Source: a bacterium
Lineage (GTDB): Bacteria > SAR324 > XYD2-FULL-50-16 > G965216635
Assembly: GCA_965216635.1 (NCBI GenBank)
Contig: OZ244188.1
Coordinates: 1,120,001-1,184,000 of the forward strand
Length of the DNA: 64,000 nt
Direction of reading: 5' to 3'
Shown in pieces: positions 51,843 to 60,917 of the stretch. Below the pieces are notes generated by a model, which made no database searches, was not told the DNA's origin, and saw only the letters and a program-made list of their open reading frames with translations. Each line of letters opens with the position of its first letter. Within the stretch, counting starts at the first letter, position 1. The translations under genes and the position numbers were made by a program.

Positions 51843-52076
51843 ATGACACCAGAAATCATAAAGGAAAAAATTATACAAAGCATTCCCGATGCAAATGTGG
51901 TTGTAGAAGACCTCGCAGGAGATCAAAAACACTTTGGAGTAGATGTGGTTTCCAGCGAATTTAAAGGAAAATCTACAATAGAACAGCACCAGATGATCTA
52001 TAAGGCTCTAGGAGATGCCTTAAAAGAACAAATCCATGCTTTGCGAATAAAAACAACCTTCAATGAACACGAATAA
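51843..52076 (+). CDS. bolA: BolA family protein
   Basis: HFGVDVVSSEFKGKS..QHQMIY..IHAL. Confidence 0.92.
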   Translation: MTPEIIKEKIIQSIPDANVVVEDLAGDQKHFGVDVVSSEFKGKSTIEQHQMIYKALGDALKEQIHALRIKTTFNEHE

Positions 52077-52429
52077 TGCAACATCACGCTGAAATTTTAC
52101 TAGAAGACACAGTAGACGAAACAGAGGCTTTGAAAATAATCCAAGAGCAAATTAAAGAAAATCCTCTGCTAATCTATATGAAAGGCAATGCCTCTTTACC
52201 CCAGTGTGGCTTTAGTGCTCAAGTGATTGAGATTTTTAATCGGCTAGGAGCAAAATACAAAACTTTTAATATACTCAACCATTTTTTTATTAGAGAAAAC
52301 ATCAAAATTTTTTCTAATTGGCCCACCATTCCTCAAATCTATTATAAGGGAAAATTTCTCGGAGGTTGTGATATTATTATTGAAATGTATCAAAACGGAG
52401 AACTCGCCAAATTATTAGAGATAGAATAA
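52076..52429 (+). CDS. grxD: Monothiol glutaredoxin Grx4
   Basis: MKG..PQCGFS, WPTIPQ, GGCDI. Confidence 0.94.
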   Translation: MQHHAEILLEDTVDETEALKIIQEQIKENPLLIYMKGNASLPQCGFSAQVIEIFNRLGAKYKTFNILNHFFIRENIKIFSNWPTIPQIYYKGKFLGGCDIIIEMYQNGELAKLLEIE

Positions 52430-52433
52430 AAAA

Positions 52434-52976
52434 GGAAGCAATCTAGCAGCTGTTTTATTAGATTTAAAAAATAATAAGAGAAAAATTTATGATGAAATTG
52501 TTATGCTTCTTGAAAGTGTCTTACCTGTTTTCGAAGATTTTGAATTAGAAGAAAGTTACGGTAAAATTTTTCTCCGCTGGAAAGGCAAAAAAACAGAAAA
52601 AACTTTTGGAGCTCATCTAACTTCCGATGGCACTTTAAGAGTGATAGCTTTAATTACTTTGCTTTGTATGCCACAGGATAGAATTTCTAATGTAGTGATT
52701 ATAGACGAGCCCGAGTTGGGTTTGCATCCTTACGCTATTAGCTTAATTGCTACATTGATTAAAAGATTATCTCTAAACAAGCAGGTTATTTTGGCAACTC
52801 AATCCCCTCTATTGCTAGAAGAATTTGAAGCTGAAGATGTAATTGTAACGGAAATGAACGAACAAGGAGCTAGCCAATTTAAAAGATTAGACTACGACAA
52901 TCACAAAAAATGGTTAGAAGATTTTACTATAGGTGAACTTTGGCAAAAAAATGTTTTTGGAGGAGTGCCTAAATGA
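52434..52976 (+). pseudogene. 5'-truncated ABC/AAA_21-type ATPase
   Basis: Frame starts GSNLAAVL with no start codon or Walker A; keeps SDGTLR signature, IDEPELGLHP and TQSP. Confidence 0.8.
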
Positions 52977-53146
52977 TGAGACTGGCTATTATTGTAGAAG
53001 GAGAAACAGAACTTGATTTTGTAAATAAAATTTTAATTCCATATTTTTCTAACCTTTGCTACTTGGATAAGCCGACTAGAAGAGTAATAAGTTCTCAAAC
53101 TATTTCACCCGCTCCATATAAGCACCACTACGGGTATCTATTTTAA
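52973..53146 (+). pseudogene. 3'-truncated DUF4276/TOPRIM-like partner
   Basis: MMRLAIIVEGETELDFVNKIL then runs into the efp 3' end; 57 codons only. Confidence 0.7.
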
Positions 53147-53660
53147 TTTTATCTCCCTCGTTAATAAAGATAGGAACTTGAATGATAGCCCCAGTCTCTA
53201 CAGTAGCTGGTTTCATTGCTTTAGACACTCTGTCTCCTTTTATGCCCGCTTCAGTAGAAATAATTTTTTGCTCGCTAAAATGAGGTAATTCTATTCCCAC
53301 AGGTTGCTCTTTGTGGAGCATCACCTTTACTTCTATAGTTTCTATGAGCCATTTCCAGTCTTCACCAATCTGTTCTTTAGAAATGGATACTTGTGTAAAA
53401 TCCTCTAAATCCATAAAAAGATAGTTCTCTTTATCTAGATAAAGAAACTGCATAGATTTTTCTGCAATATCGGAAGGTTTTATTTTTTCTCCAATTTTGC
53501 AAGTTTTATCTATAACCGCACCATTGAGTAGGTTTTTTAGTTTTAGCCTCGTAAAAGCTTGGCCTTTACCTGGTTTTACAAACTGAGTCCCTACAATAAT
53601 ATAAGGGATATTTTCTAATTCAATGCGCAGACCTTTTCTTAATTCACCGCTATCGTACAT
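53100..53660 (-). CDS. efp: Elongation factor P
   Basis: FVKPGKGQAF, KPATVETGA, VPIFINEG, IDTRSGAYMER. Confidence 0.97.
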   Translation of the reverse strand: MYDSGELRKGLRIELENIPYIIVGTQFVKPGKGQAFTRLKLKNLLNGAVIDKTCKIGEKIKPSDIAEKSMQFLYLDKENYLFMDLEDFTQVSISKEQIGEDWKWLIETIEVKVMLHKEQPVGIELPHFSEQKIISTEAGIKGDRVSKAMKPATVETGAIIQVPIFINEGDKIKIDTRSGAYMERVK

Positions 53661-53666
53661 ACAAGA

Positions 53667-53840
53667 CTATTTTTGTTTAGATTTTTTTTGACTCTTTAAA
53701 GATTGGGGCTTTAATAATTGACTCAAATGTCCCAATAAAGAAGTGCTAACAACCATTCCCCAGATAACTGGGATACTAAACAGGGCACAAACCACCAAAA
53801 GAGCGATTACTGGCATTATGGCATCTATTATTTCTCTCAT
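53667..53840 (-). CDS. Small membrane protein (57 aa, not in ORF track)
   Basis: MREIIDAIMPVIALLVVCALFSIPVIWGMVVSTSLLGHLSQLLKPQSLKSQKKSKQK; stop 6 nt before the efp start. Confidence 0.55.
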   Translation of the reverse strand: MREIIDAIMPVIALLVVCALFSIPVIWGMVVSTSLLGHLSQLLKPQSLKSQKKSKQK

Positions 53841-54072
53841 TGTTATGTTTTGAAAATTAAGTTCTATTTAGAGGATAGAATAATTGTTCGTTAATTTGCA
53901 AGAAAAAATTTGTTTTAAATTAGCTAGGTTTTTGAAAAAAGAATTATTTCAAAAAAAAAAAAACATTTTAAGTTATATTATATAAAAAAATAGAGTATCA
54001 TAGCTAAATGTTTTTGAATTAATACGACTTCTAGACGATTTTTCTAGAGGCAGGTTAAGTCAAATATCTTAT

Positions 54073-54397
54073 AGACCTTTGTATTAGTGAGACCTTTGAA
54101 TTAGTGTTATGCTTACCTCACTATTGGGGCTAGCCAAATGGTCATACCAGTGGCTCTTTTGCTAAAGCCTGTATAGAGTAAAAGCAGTAAGCTTGCTTTG
54201 GCTAAACAGAACGTTAATTCAAAGGCCTCTTAGTGTTATGCTTACCTCACTATTGTGAGGCTAGCCAAATGGTTAGAAAAATGCAAAAAAAATTTCAGCT
54301 CGCTGGAATACTGGAGAGCATTTCTTCACAAATGGCAAGAGTTAAATTTTTTTTTTAACGATTGCTTTGGCTAAACAGAACGCTATTTCAAAGGTCT
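54073..54397. mobile_element. Nested AGAC/GTCT elements
   Basis: Outer copy with perfect duplication atcttat; inner copy 54090-54228 with attagtg/cttagtg. Confidence 0.92.
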
Positions 54398-54417
54398 ATC
54401 TTATTATTATTAACTTG

Positions 54418-54635
54418 AGACTGTTAGGTTAGACGTTATTAGGAAAGCCAGACAAGGCTAGATAAATTTTTTATTGCAAGAAATATCATATTAAAAAACA
54501 CTCTATAATTTGCATTTAGCAAAAATAGAATGTAAAAGAGCCAGTGGTTCTTTTAATTCTTATGGAGCTATAACCCATATTTTACTCTAGCAATAAGCCT
54601 GTTTTGCCGAATTAGAATGTCTGCTTCAACAGCCT
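54418..54635. mobile_element. Degenerate composite element
   Basis: agactgtt..agac ... gaatgtctgcttcaacagcct; arms like the 5774 copy; ccagtgg module. Confidence 0.75.
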
Positions 54636-54659
54636 CTTTTCTTAAATTAAAAGGTTTCA

Positions 54660-55589
54660 ATGAATAGTAAAACTAAAATTTTAGTATCTTTGGTGACTAT
54701 ATTAATACTATCAGGTATTACTCTTGGGGTTATGGCAAACACAGATGGTTTAGATACTTGGAAATCTGGTAAAAACCACAACCGCATCATAGATATTCAA
54801 AAAAAAGGTATTAAAGCTTCAAAAGGAAAGGTAGGAATTGCCTTTTATTCTAATTCCGCGTTTAAAATAACATCACCGAATGGTATTAGTATTATGGTGG
54901 ATCCTTGGCGGAATGATCCATCGGGGGCTTGGGGATTATGGTATAGACTTGATTTTCCACAAGTAGAAGTAGATATTGGTATGTCAACGCATGCCCATTT
55001 TGACCACGATGCCATAGGTAGATTGGAAGCCCATATGCTCCTTGATAGGATGGCAGGCACATTCCAATTAGGCGATGTTAAAATAACTGGAATTGCTGAT
55101 AAACACCAATGTGTCGCTCCAGGAATTGTGAGTTGGACAGATGCTGTAAAACAGTTTGAAGGTAGACAAAATGTTTGTCCTCCTACAAATTCTAGGCATT
55201 TTGATAACACCATGTATTTGATAGAGACAGGAGGTCTTAAACTATTGATGTGGGGAGACAATAGACCCAATCCACCTGCTAATGTGCTAAAAAAGGTTGG
55301 TCAAGTGGATGTAATCTTTGTACCTGTTGATGGTTCACGACATATTCTTGATTATAAGCAAGCAGATTCTGTGATTAAGCAAGTAGGTGCTAAAATCGCT
55401 ATTCCGCATCACTATCTAGTGCCAGAAACTACTTTCTATACTTCAACTCTACAGCCTGCAACGGAATGGGTCAAAACGCATAAAAATACTATGCTAAAAA
55501 AACCATCTATAAGCATATCTCGTGGAGATTTAAAAGGTAAAAGTGGTTATGTCTACTACTTTGGTTCAAATAATATGGTTAAAAAATAA
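54660..55589 (+). CDS. Secreted MBL-fold metallo-hydrolase
   Basis: Signal peptide, THAHFDHD, GD, IPHHY. Confidence 0.85.
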   Translation: MNSKTKILVSLVTILILSGITLGVMANTDGLDTWKSGKNHNRIIDIQKKGIKASKGKVGIAFYSNSAFKITSPNGISIMVDPWRNDPSGAWGLWYRLDFPQVEVDIGMSTHAHFDHDAIGRLEAHMLLDRMAGTFQLGDVKITGIADKHQCVAPGIVSWTDAVKQFEGRQNVCPPTNSRHFDNTMYLIETGGLKLLMWGDNRPNPPANVLKKVGQVDVIFVPVDGSRHILDYKQADSVIKQVGAKIAIPHHYLVPETTFYTSTLQPATEWVKTHKNTMLKKPSISISRGDLKGKSGYVYYFGSNNMVKK

Positions 55590-55623
55590 CCAAGAGAGTC
55601 TTTTGAATTTACTTCACAAGTAG

Positions 55624-55802
55624 AGAGCTTTGAATTAGTGTTATGCTTACCTCACTATTGGGGCTAGCCAAATGGTTAGAAAAGTGCAAAAAAAAATTTT
55701 AGCTCGTAGGAATACTGAAGAGCATTTCTTCACAAATGGCAAGAGTTAAAAAAAAATTTAACGATTGCTTTGGCTAAACTAGATAAGCTAATTCAAAGGT
55801 CT
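55624..55802. mobile_element. AGAC/GTCT element inside an older decayed mini-copy
   Basis: agagctttgaattag ... ctaattcaaaggtct with perfect duplication caagtag. Confidence 0.9.
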
Positions 55803-55831
55803 CAAGTAGTAATCCAAAGTTCTCATAAAAC

Positions 55832-55856
55832 ACGGGGCGTAGCAACTACGCCTTGT
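55832..55856 (+). terminator. Stem-loop between the MBL and HupE genes
   Basis: ggcgtag-caa-ctacgcc. Confidence 0.5.
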
Positions 55857-55875
55857 ATCCTCCTAGATTTTTGTA

Positions 55876-57180
55876 ATGTTGCCATCAAGTTCTTCTCTTG
55901 AACATAAAAAATCATACCTTTTAGTGATTCGGTGGACGGTTTTTTTTACTGTTCTTACTAGCTTTTTTATATCCTCAGTAGTTCATGCTCATTTTAATCT
56001 TAATGTTAATATTCGTGTCTTTCATATATTTTATGAAAAAGAACAGACTCATTTGCTGATAAGGCTACCTATGGCGTATCTTGTTGCTGATAAATTAGGA
56101 GCAAAAACAAAAGACGGCAAACAGATACCAGCACCCTATACTACAAACACAATAGAGCAAGGAATATTGATGCATTATCTTGATATAAATGCATTAAGAG
56201 AAAATCCCAAAGGTTTAGCTGAAATTGTTGCAGATAATATTATTTTAAAAGCCAATGGTGAAATATTAAAATCAAAAATTGGCAGGTTGCGTGCTTACCC
56301 TGCAATTTTACAAGTGCCTTTTTCTAGTCTTAAAGAAGCCAAAACAGCAATTCAAGGGAATGTTTATCAAGCTGATTTTGAAGCAACTTATGTGGGAGAT
56401 ACTATTGTTGATGTAGAATTAATCTTTGATAGCAAACGAGCACTTTCAGACTATAGTCTACAAAGCACCCTCAATCCCAAACTAGACAAACAAGAACAAA
56501 CTGCTAACCTTGTTATAGACCACAATGGTAAAAAACAACGGGTTTTTCGTATTAGAGGTCTCATGAATCAACCAGTTACGATTAACCGTTCAATGATGCG
56601 AGCTATATTTAGTTTTATAGTAGAAGGGTTTAAGCATATTCTGGAGGGCTACGACCATATTTTATTTATTGTATGCCTTATGTTGAGTATTACCAATCTA
56701 TCTGCATTGTTTTGGCGAGTTAGTGGTTTTACTTTGGGCCATAGCATTACTTTGTCTATGGGATTTTTTGGGTATGTTCCTAAAGGTATTTGGTTTATAT
56801 CTTTGATTGAAATGACTATTGCATTATCTATCATTTATGTAGCAGTGGTTGCTATAGTTAATAAAAAAACACTATCAACAACTTGGACCACCGCATTAAT
56901 TGGGCTTTTACATGGTTTAGGATTTTCTTTTGTATTGCAAAAAATACTTAGCCTAGATTCTCCTAATATATGGCAGAGTTTGCTTGGATTCAATATTGGC
57001 ATTGAAATAGGACAACTACTTATAGCACTAAGTGTATGGCTTATTGTTTATTTAGTGCTAAAAAAATTGCCTACTTACATTTATGCACTGCGGTTAATAG
57101 TTGCTTTACCCTGTATTACAATAGCTGCTTTTTGGGTTGGGCAAAGAACTACTACATTTATTGAAAATTTGATACAATAA
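55876..57180 (+). CDS. HupE/UreJ-family membrane protein with periplasmic N-domain
   Basis: HILEGYDHILF, FTLGHSITL, GLLHGLGF, FNIGIEIGQ. Confidence 0.88.
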   Translation: MLPSSSSLEHKKSYLLVIRWTVFFTVLTSFFISSVVHAHFNLNVNIRVFHIFYEKEQTHLLIRLPMAYLVADKLGAKTKDGKQIPAPYTTNTIEQGILMHYLDINALRENPKGLAEIVADNIILKANGEILKSKIGRLRAYPAILQVPFSSLKEAKTAIQGNVYQADFEATYVGDTIVDVELIFDSKRALSDYSLQSTLNPKLDKQEQTANLVIDHNGKKQRVFRIRGLMNQPVTINRSMMRAIFSFIVEGFKHILEGYDHILFIVCLMLSITNLSALFWRVSGFTLGHSITLSMGFFGYVPKGIWFISLIEMTIALSIIYVAVVAIVNKKTLSTTWTTALIGLLHGLGFSFVLQKILSLDSPNIWQSLLGFNIGIEIGQLLIALSVWLIVYLVLKKLPTYIYALRLIVALPCITIAAFWVGQRTTTFIENLIQ

Positions 57181-57200
57181 AACTATGGGATCAGTATAAC

Positions 57201-57244
57201 TAACGATTGCTTTGGCTAAACTAGATAAGCTAATTCAAAAGTCT
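57201..57244. mobile_element. Right-end fragment of the element
   Basis: taacgattgctttggctaaactagataagctaattcaaaagtct matches 55759-55802 except 1 base. Confidence 0.85.
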
Positions 57245-57250
57245 AAATAA

Positions 57251-57976
57251 CTATTTTCTGTAGCTGCGGACAAAACTACTATACCCTTTTTTGTTGATTG
57301 TTTGAGAGATTTGAGTAGCTTTGTTAGTGGAGTTGAAAGGACCTGTTAAAACATAAAATATTTCTGTATTGGGTTGATCTATAAAAATAGGAAGTGGGTA
57401 GAGGTCTTGTTTTAAACGGGTAGCCCCCTGTATAGCATGAGATTTCTTGTGATAGGCAATAATCTGAACAACCTTTTGCTTATAAGGAGCAATGCCTCGG
57501 GCATTATCATAATTTTTGGGATAAGAGATTATATCTAATTTCACTCTAGCGGTTCCCATATTAATAAAACCTAATTCTGTAGCTATTCTTTTGGAAACAT
57601 CTACGATTCTACCTTTTTTATAAGGCCCTCTATCGTTGACTCGGGCATAAATTTTTTTGTTATTTTCTAAATTTGTGATTTTAATAATGCTACCCAGTGG
57701 TAGTATTTTATGGGCAACAGTATAAGCGTTTTGGTTGTAGATTTCTCCGTTTGCAGTTTTTTTATTGTGAAAATTCGGACCATACCAAGATGCTGTTCCA
57801 TCCATCTGCTCTCTTGTTTTTTGCAAATTTCCTCCAGAGCTGGTTTTTTGCAAATTTCCTCCAGAGCTGGTTTTATGAGATTTTTCCCAAATCCAAGGTT
57901 GGCTCTTGCTTAAACTACTACAAGAAATAACAGCTAAAAAAACAGGCAAGTAAAATAAATATTTAATTTTTTTCAT
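57251..57976 (-). CDS. rlpA: RlpA-family septal lytic transglycosylase lipoprotein with SPOR domain
   Basis: Lipobox, GTASWYGPNFH, TANGE, RVNDRGPY. Confidence 0.92.
   Translation of the reverse strand: MKKIKYLFYLPVFLAVISCSSLSKSQPWIWEKSHKTSSGGNLQKTSSGGNLQKTREQMDGTASWYGPNFHNKKTANGEIYNQNAYTVAHKILPLGSIIKITNLENNKKIYARVNDRGPYKKGRIVDVSKRIATELGFINMGTARVKLDIISYPKNYDNARGIAPYKQKVVQIIAYHKKSHAIQGATRLKQDLYPLPIFIDQPNTEIFYVLTGPFNSTNKATQISQTINKKGYSSFVRSYRK
57816..57874. repeat. In-frame 27-bp tandem duplication in the rlpA linker
   Basis: KTSSGGNLQ x2. Confidence 0.93.
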
Positions 57977-57997
57977 TTATAATCTATATTCAGTAAT

Positions 57998-60916
57998 ATG
58001 ATGAAATCACACTTAAAACTAGGACAAGAACTACACGGATGGACTGTAGAAGCAGTAGATACAATTGAAAAAATTCACCGCTGTGTCTATCAGCTAAAAT
58101 ACAAAAAAAATGGAGCTTCTTTAGTGCATATAAGCAATAAAGGTAGCAATAAGGATACCAATAACGCCTTTGGAATTGGCTTTCTCACCTGCCCGCAAGA
58201 CTCTTCAGGAGTTGCTCATATTTTAGAACACCTTGTGCTTTGCGGTTCTAAAAAATTTCCCGTCCGCGACCCTTTTTTTTCCATGCTCAAGAGGAGTTTA
58301 GCAAATTTCATGAATGCCCTTACAGCTAATGACTGGACTATGTATCCTTTTGCTTCTCAAAACCCTAAAGATTTTTATAATCTAATGGATGTCTATACAG
58401 ATGCCGTTTTTTTTCCACTACTCAAAGAAGAAAGTTTTCGCCAAGAAGCTCATCGTTTAGAACAAGACAAAGAAAAAACAATCGCTCAAGGAGTAGTTTT
58501 TAATGAGATGAAGGGGGCTATGTCTAATCCAGTGGATATAATGTATCGCAGGACTTTAAAAAGTGTTTTTCCAAGTATTACCTATCATCACAATTCGGGA
58601 GGAGAGCCTTTGGATATTTTGGATTTGACTCTGGAACAACTGCGAGAATTTCATAAAATACACTACCATCCCAGCAACGCAAAATTTTTTTCCTACGGTT
58701 CTCTGCCACTGACAAAAACGCTAGCTTTTTTAGAAGAGAAGGTTTTAAAACACTGGGATGCACCTCTATCCCAAGAGATCAAGATAGACAAAGAAAGACG
58801 TTATAACAAACCGCAAACATTTCAATTTTCTTACCCTTTAAGTAAAAAAGAGTCAGATAAAGAAGCCTACCAAATCGCCTTAAACTGGCTTACTTGTCCG
58901 ATCAAAGATTCTGATGAAGTATTGGCTTTGTCTCTACTATCATCCATTCTTTTAGGAAATCTAGCTTCTCCTCTACGTTATAAACTCATAGAATCTAACT
59001 ATGGTAAGGACTTGGCAGATACTACAGGTTATGCCGAAGAATACAGCGAAACTGTTTTTTCCGTTGGTTTAAAAGGAGTAGCCAAGAAAAATTTACAAAA
59101 AGTGGAAAATTTGATTTTAGATACACTCAAAGAAATAGTTACCAAAAAAATAGATGTTTCTTTTATAGAATCTGCCATTCACCAAAAAGAAATCAGTATC
59201 AGAAAAATCAAAGAGCCCTACGGTCTTCATTTATTTCTTAATATTGTCGCAGCTTGGATGAACTCGGGCAATATTATAAAAACTTTAAATTTTGACGAGC
59301 AAATAGAAAAAATAAAAAACAGAGTGAAGAAAGAAAATTATTTTGAAAATCTGATTCAAAAATATTTGATTGATAATTTACACAGAGTAAGAGTAGAGAT
59401 GCATCCAAGTAAAGATTATATGGAAAAACAGGAAAAAGAAATCAATCATAAAATCCAAAAAAAAGCTGCTGCTATCTTGAAACAAAAGGCAACCATCCCT
59501 CAAAAAGAAGATCTAAAAACTACCACAGAAAATATAGAATGTTTACCTAGTCTGGATCTAGATGAGATTATCATAAAAATCCCTCGTATAGCTAAAAAAC
59601 AAAAAAAAGGAATAGACATATACCAACAACCAACGAACGGATTGGAGTATTGGAGTCTTCACCTTGAAAACCCCAAAGTCAATTTTGAAAATTTGTGGCA
59701 GTTTCCTTTAGTCTGCAGCATGCTCACCAAGATAGGAACAAAAAAGCACAGCTACGAAGAGTTTTCGGCTCTTATCAATCGCTATACTGGAGGTTTGAAT
59801 TTTAGCAGCCTTTGTGTGGAGAGGCTAGATGGTGAAAATTATCATCAATTAGTCTGGGTTTCTGCAAAATCACTGAATAATAATAAAAAGAAAATGCAAG
59901 GGTTATTAGAAGAAGCTCTGTTGGAGTATAGCTTTTCTAATAGCAAAAGAATCCAACAATGGATTTCTGAGATCACACTAGCCAAAACAGAATCTGTAGC
60001 AGCGCAGGGACTTGTCTATGCTACTGGGCTAGCTAACCGTTATTTTTCTAAAACATTCAAACTGGAAGAAGATCAAGGGGGTATTCATTCTTTTAAAAAG
60101 TTTAAAAAATTCCAAAAATTTAAAAGTTCGGACTGGCAAGAGCTAGCTCAAAACTATCAAAAAAGTTGGCAAGAATTTTTAGAGCAGGCTACGATTTCTT
60201 TTTTTGTAGCAGGAGATCAAATTGCAGATACAGCCCCGATTTTTTCTGAGATGGCTAGAAAATTTCAATTTCCCATCAAAGAAAACTGGGATATCCATTC
60301 TAATCTTTTAGCAGAAAAATCACCCTCCCGACCCATCCGAGAAATTTGGCAAACCTCCAGCGTAGCAATATCCTATGTTGTCCGCTCTTACCCTACTGTG
60401 GATTATCAACACCCCGATAGCCCCAAACTTTTAGTGCTTTCCCGAATTTTACAAGGAGGCTTTATTCACCAAGAAATCCGCGAAAAAGGAGGAGCTTACG
60501 GAGGGCTAGTTTCCTTTCAAAAAACAAGTGGCATCTTTTCTTTTCTTTCCTACAGAGACCCTAGACTTTTAGAAACTTGGGAAGTTTATCAAAAAGCAAT
60601 AGACTGGGTTTTGCAAGGAAATTTTAGCGAGCTCCAAGTCAAAGATGCGATTCTGCAAACCTTTGGTAATTTAGATAAACCTCTCCCCCCCGCTGGATTA
60701 GCTGCTAATGATTTTTTAAAGAAAAAACTAGGAGAAAGCCTCGAGATTTATGAAAACTATAGAAAAAAAATCAGAGCTATACAAAAGCAGGATTTAATCC
60801 AAGTGGCAGAAAAATGGCTTACCCAAAGTAACTACATTGATGTGGCAATTAGTAGTGAAGAGATTGTCAAAAACATCAAAAAATTGGACTCTGGTATTGC
60901 TCTCTATAATATTTAG
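57998..60916 (+). CDS. M16C insulinase-family (presequence protease-like) peptidase
   Basis: HILEHLVLCGS, RDPFFSML, GVVFNEMKG, IREKGGAYG, SYRDP. Confidence 0.92.
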   Translation: MMKSHLKLGQELHGWTVEAVDTIEKIHRCVYQLKYKKNGASLVHISNKGSNKDTNNAFGIGFLTCPQDSSGVAHILEHLVLCGSKKFPVRDPFFSMLKRSLANFMNALTANDWTMYPFASQNPKDFYNLMDVYTDAVFFPLLKEESFRQEAHRLEQDKEKTIAQGVVFNEMKGAMSNPVDIMYRRTLKSVFPSITYHHNSGGEPLDILDLTLEQLREFHKIHYHPSNAKFFSYGSLPLTKTLAFLEEKVLKHWDAPLSQEIKIDKERRYNKPQTFQFSYPLSKKESDKEAYQIALNWLTCPIKDSDEVLALSLLSSILLGNLASPLRYKLIESNYGKDLADTTGYAEEYSETVFSVGLKGVAKKNLQKVENLILDTLKEIVTKKIDVSFIESAIHQKEISIRKIKEPYGLHLFLNIVAAWMNSGNIIKTLNFDEQIEKIKNRVKKENYFENLIQKYLIDNLHRVRVEMHPSKDYMEKQEKEINHKIQKKAAAILKQKATIPQKEDLKTTTENIECLPSLDLDEIIIKIPRIAKKQKKGIDIYQQPTNGLEYWSLHLENPKVNFENLWQFPLVCSMLTKIGTKKHSYEEFSALINRYTGGLNFSSLCVERLDGENYHQLVWVSAKSLNNNKKKMQGLLEEALLEYSFSNSKRIQQWISEITLAKTESVAAQGLVYATGLANRYFSKTFKLEEDQGGIHSFKKFKKFQKFKSSDWQELAQNYQKSWQEFLEQATISFFVAGDQIADTAPIFSEMARKFQFPIKENWDIHSNLLAEKSPSRPIREIWQTSSVAISYVVRSYPTVDYQHPDSPKLLVLSRILQGGFIHQEIREKGGAYGGLVSFQKTSGIFSFLSYRDPRLLETWEVYQKAIDWVLQGNFSELQVKDAILQTFGNLDKPLPPAGLAANDFLKKKLGESLEIYENYRKKIRAIQKQDLIQVAEKWLTQSNYIDVAISSEEIVKNIKKLDSGIALYNI

Positions 60917-60917
60917 T

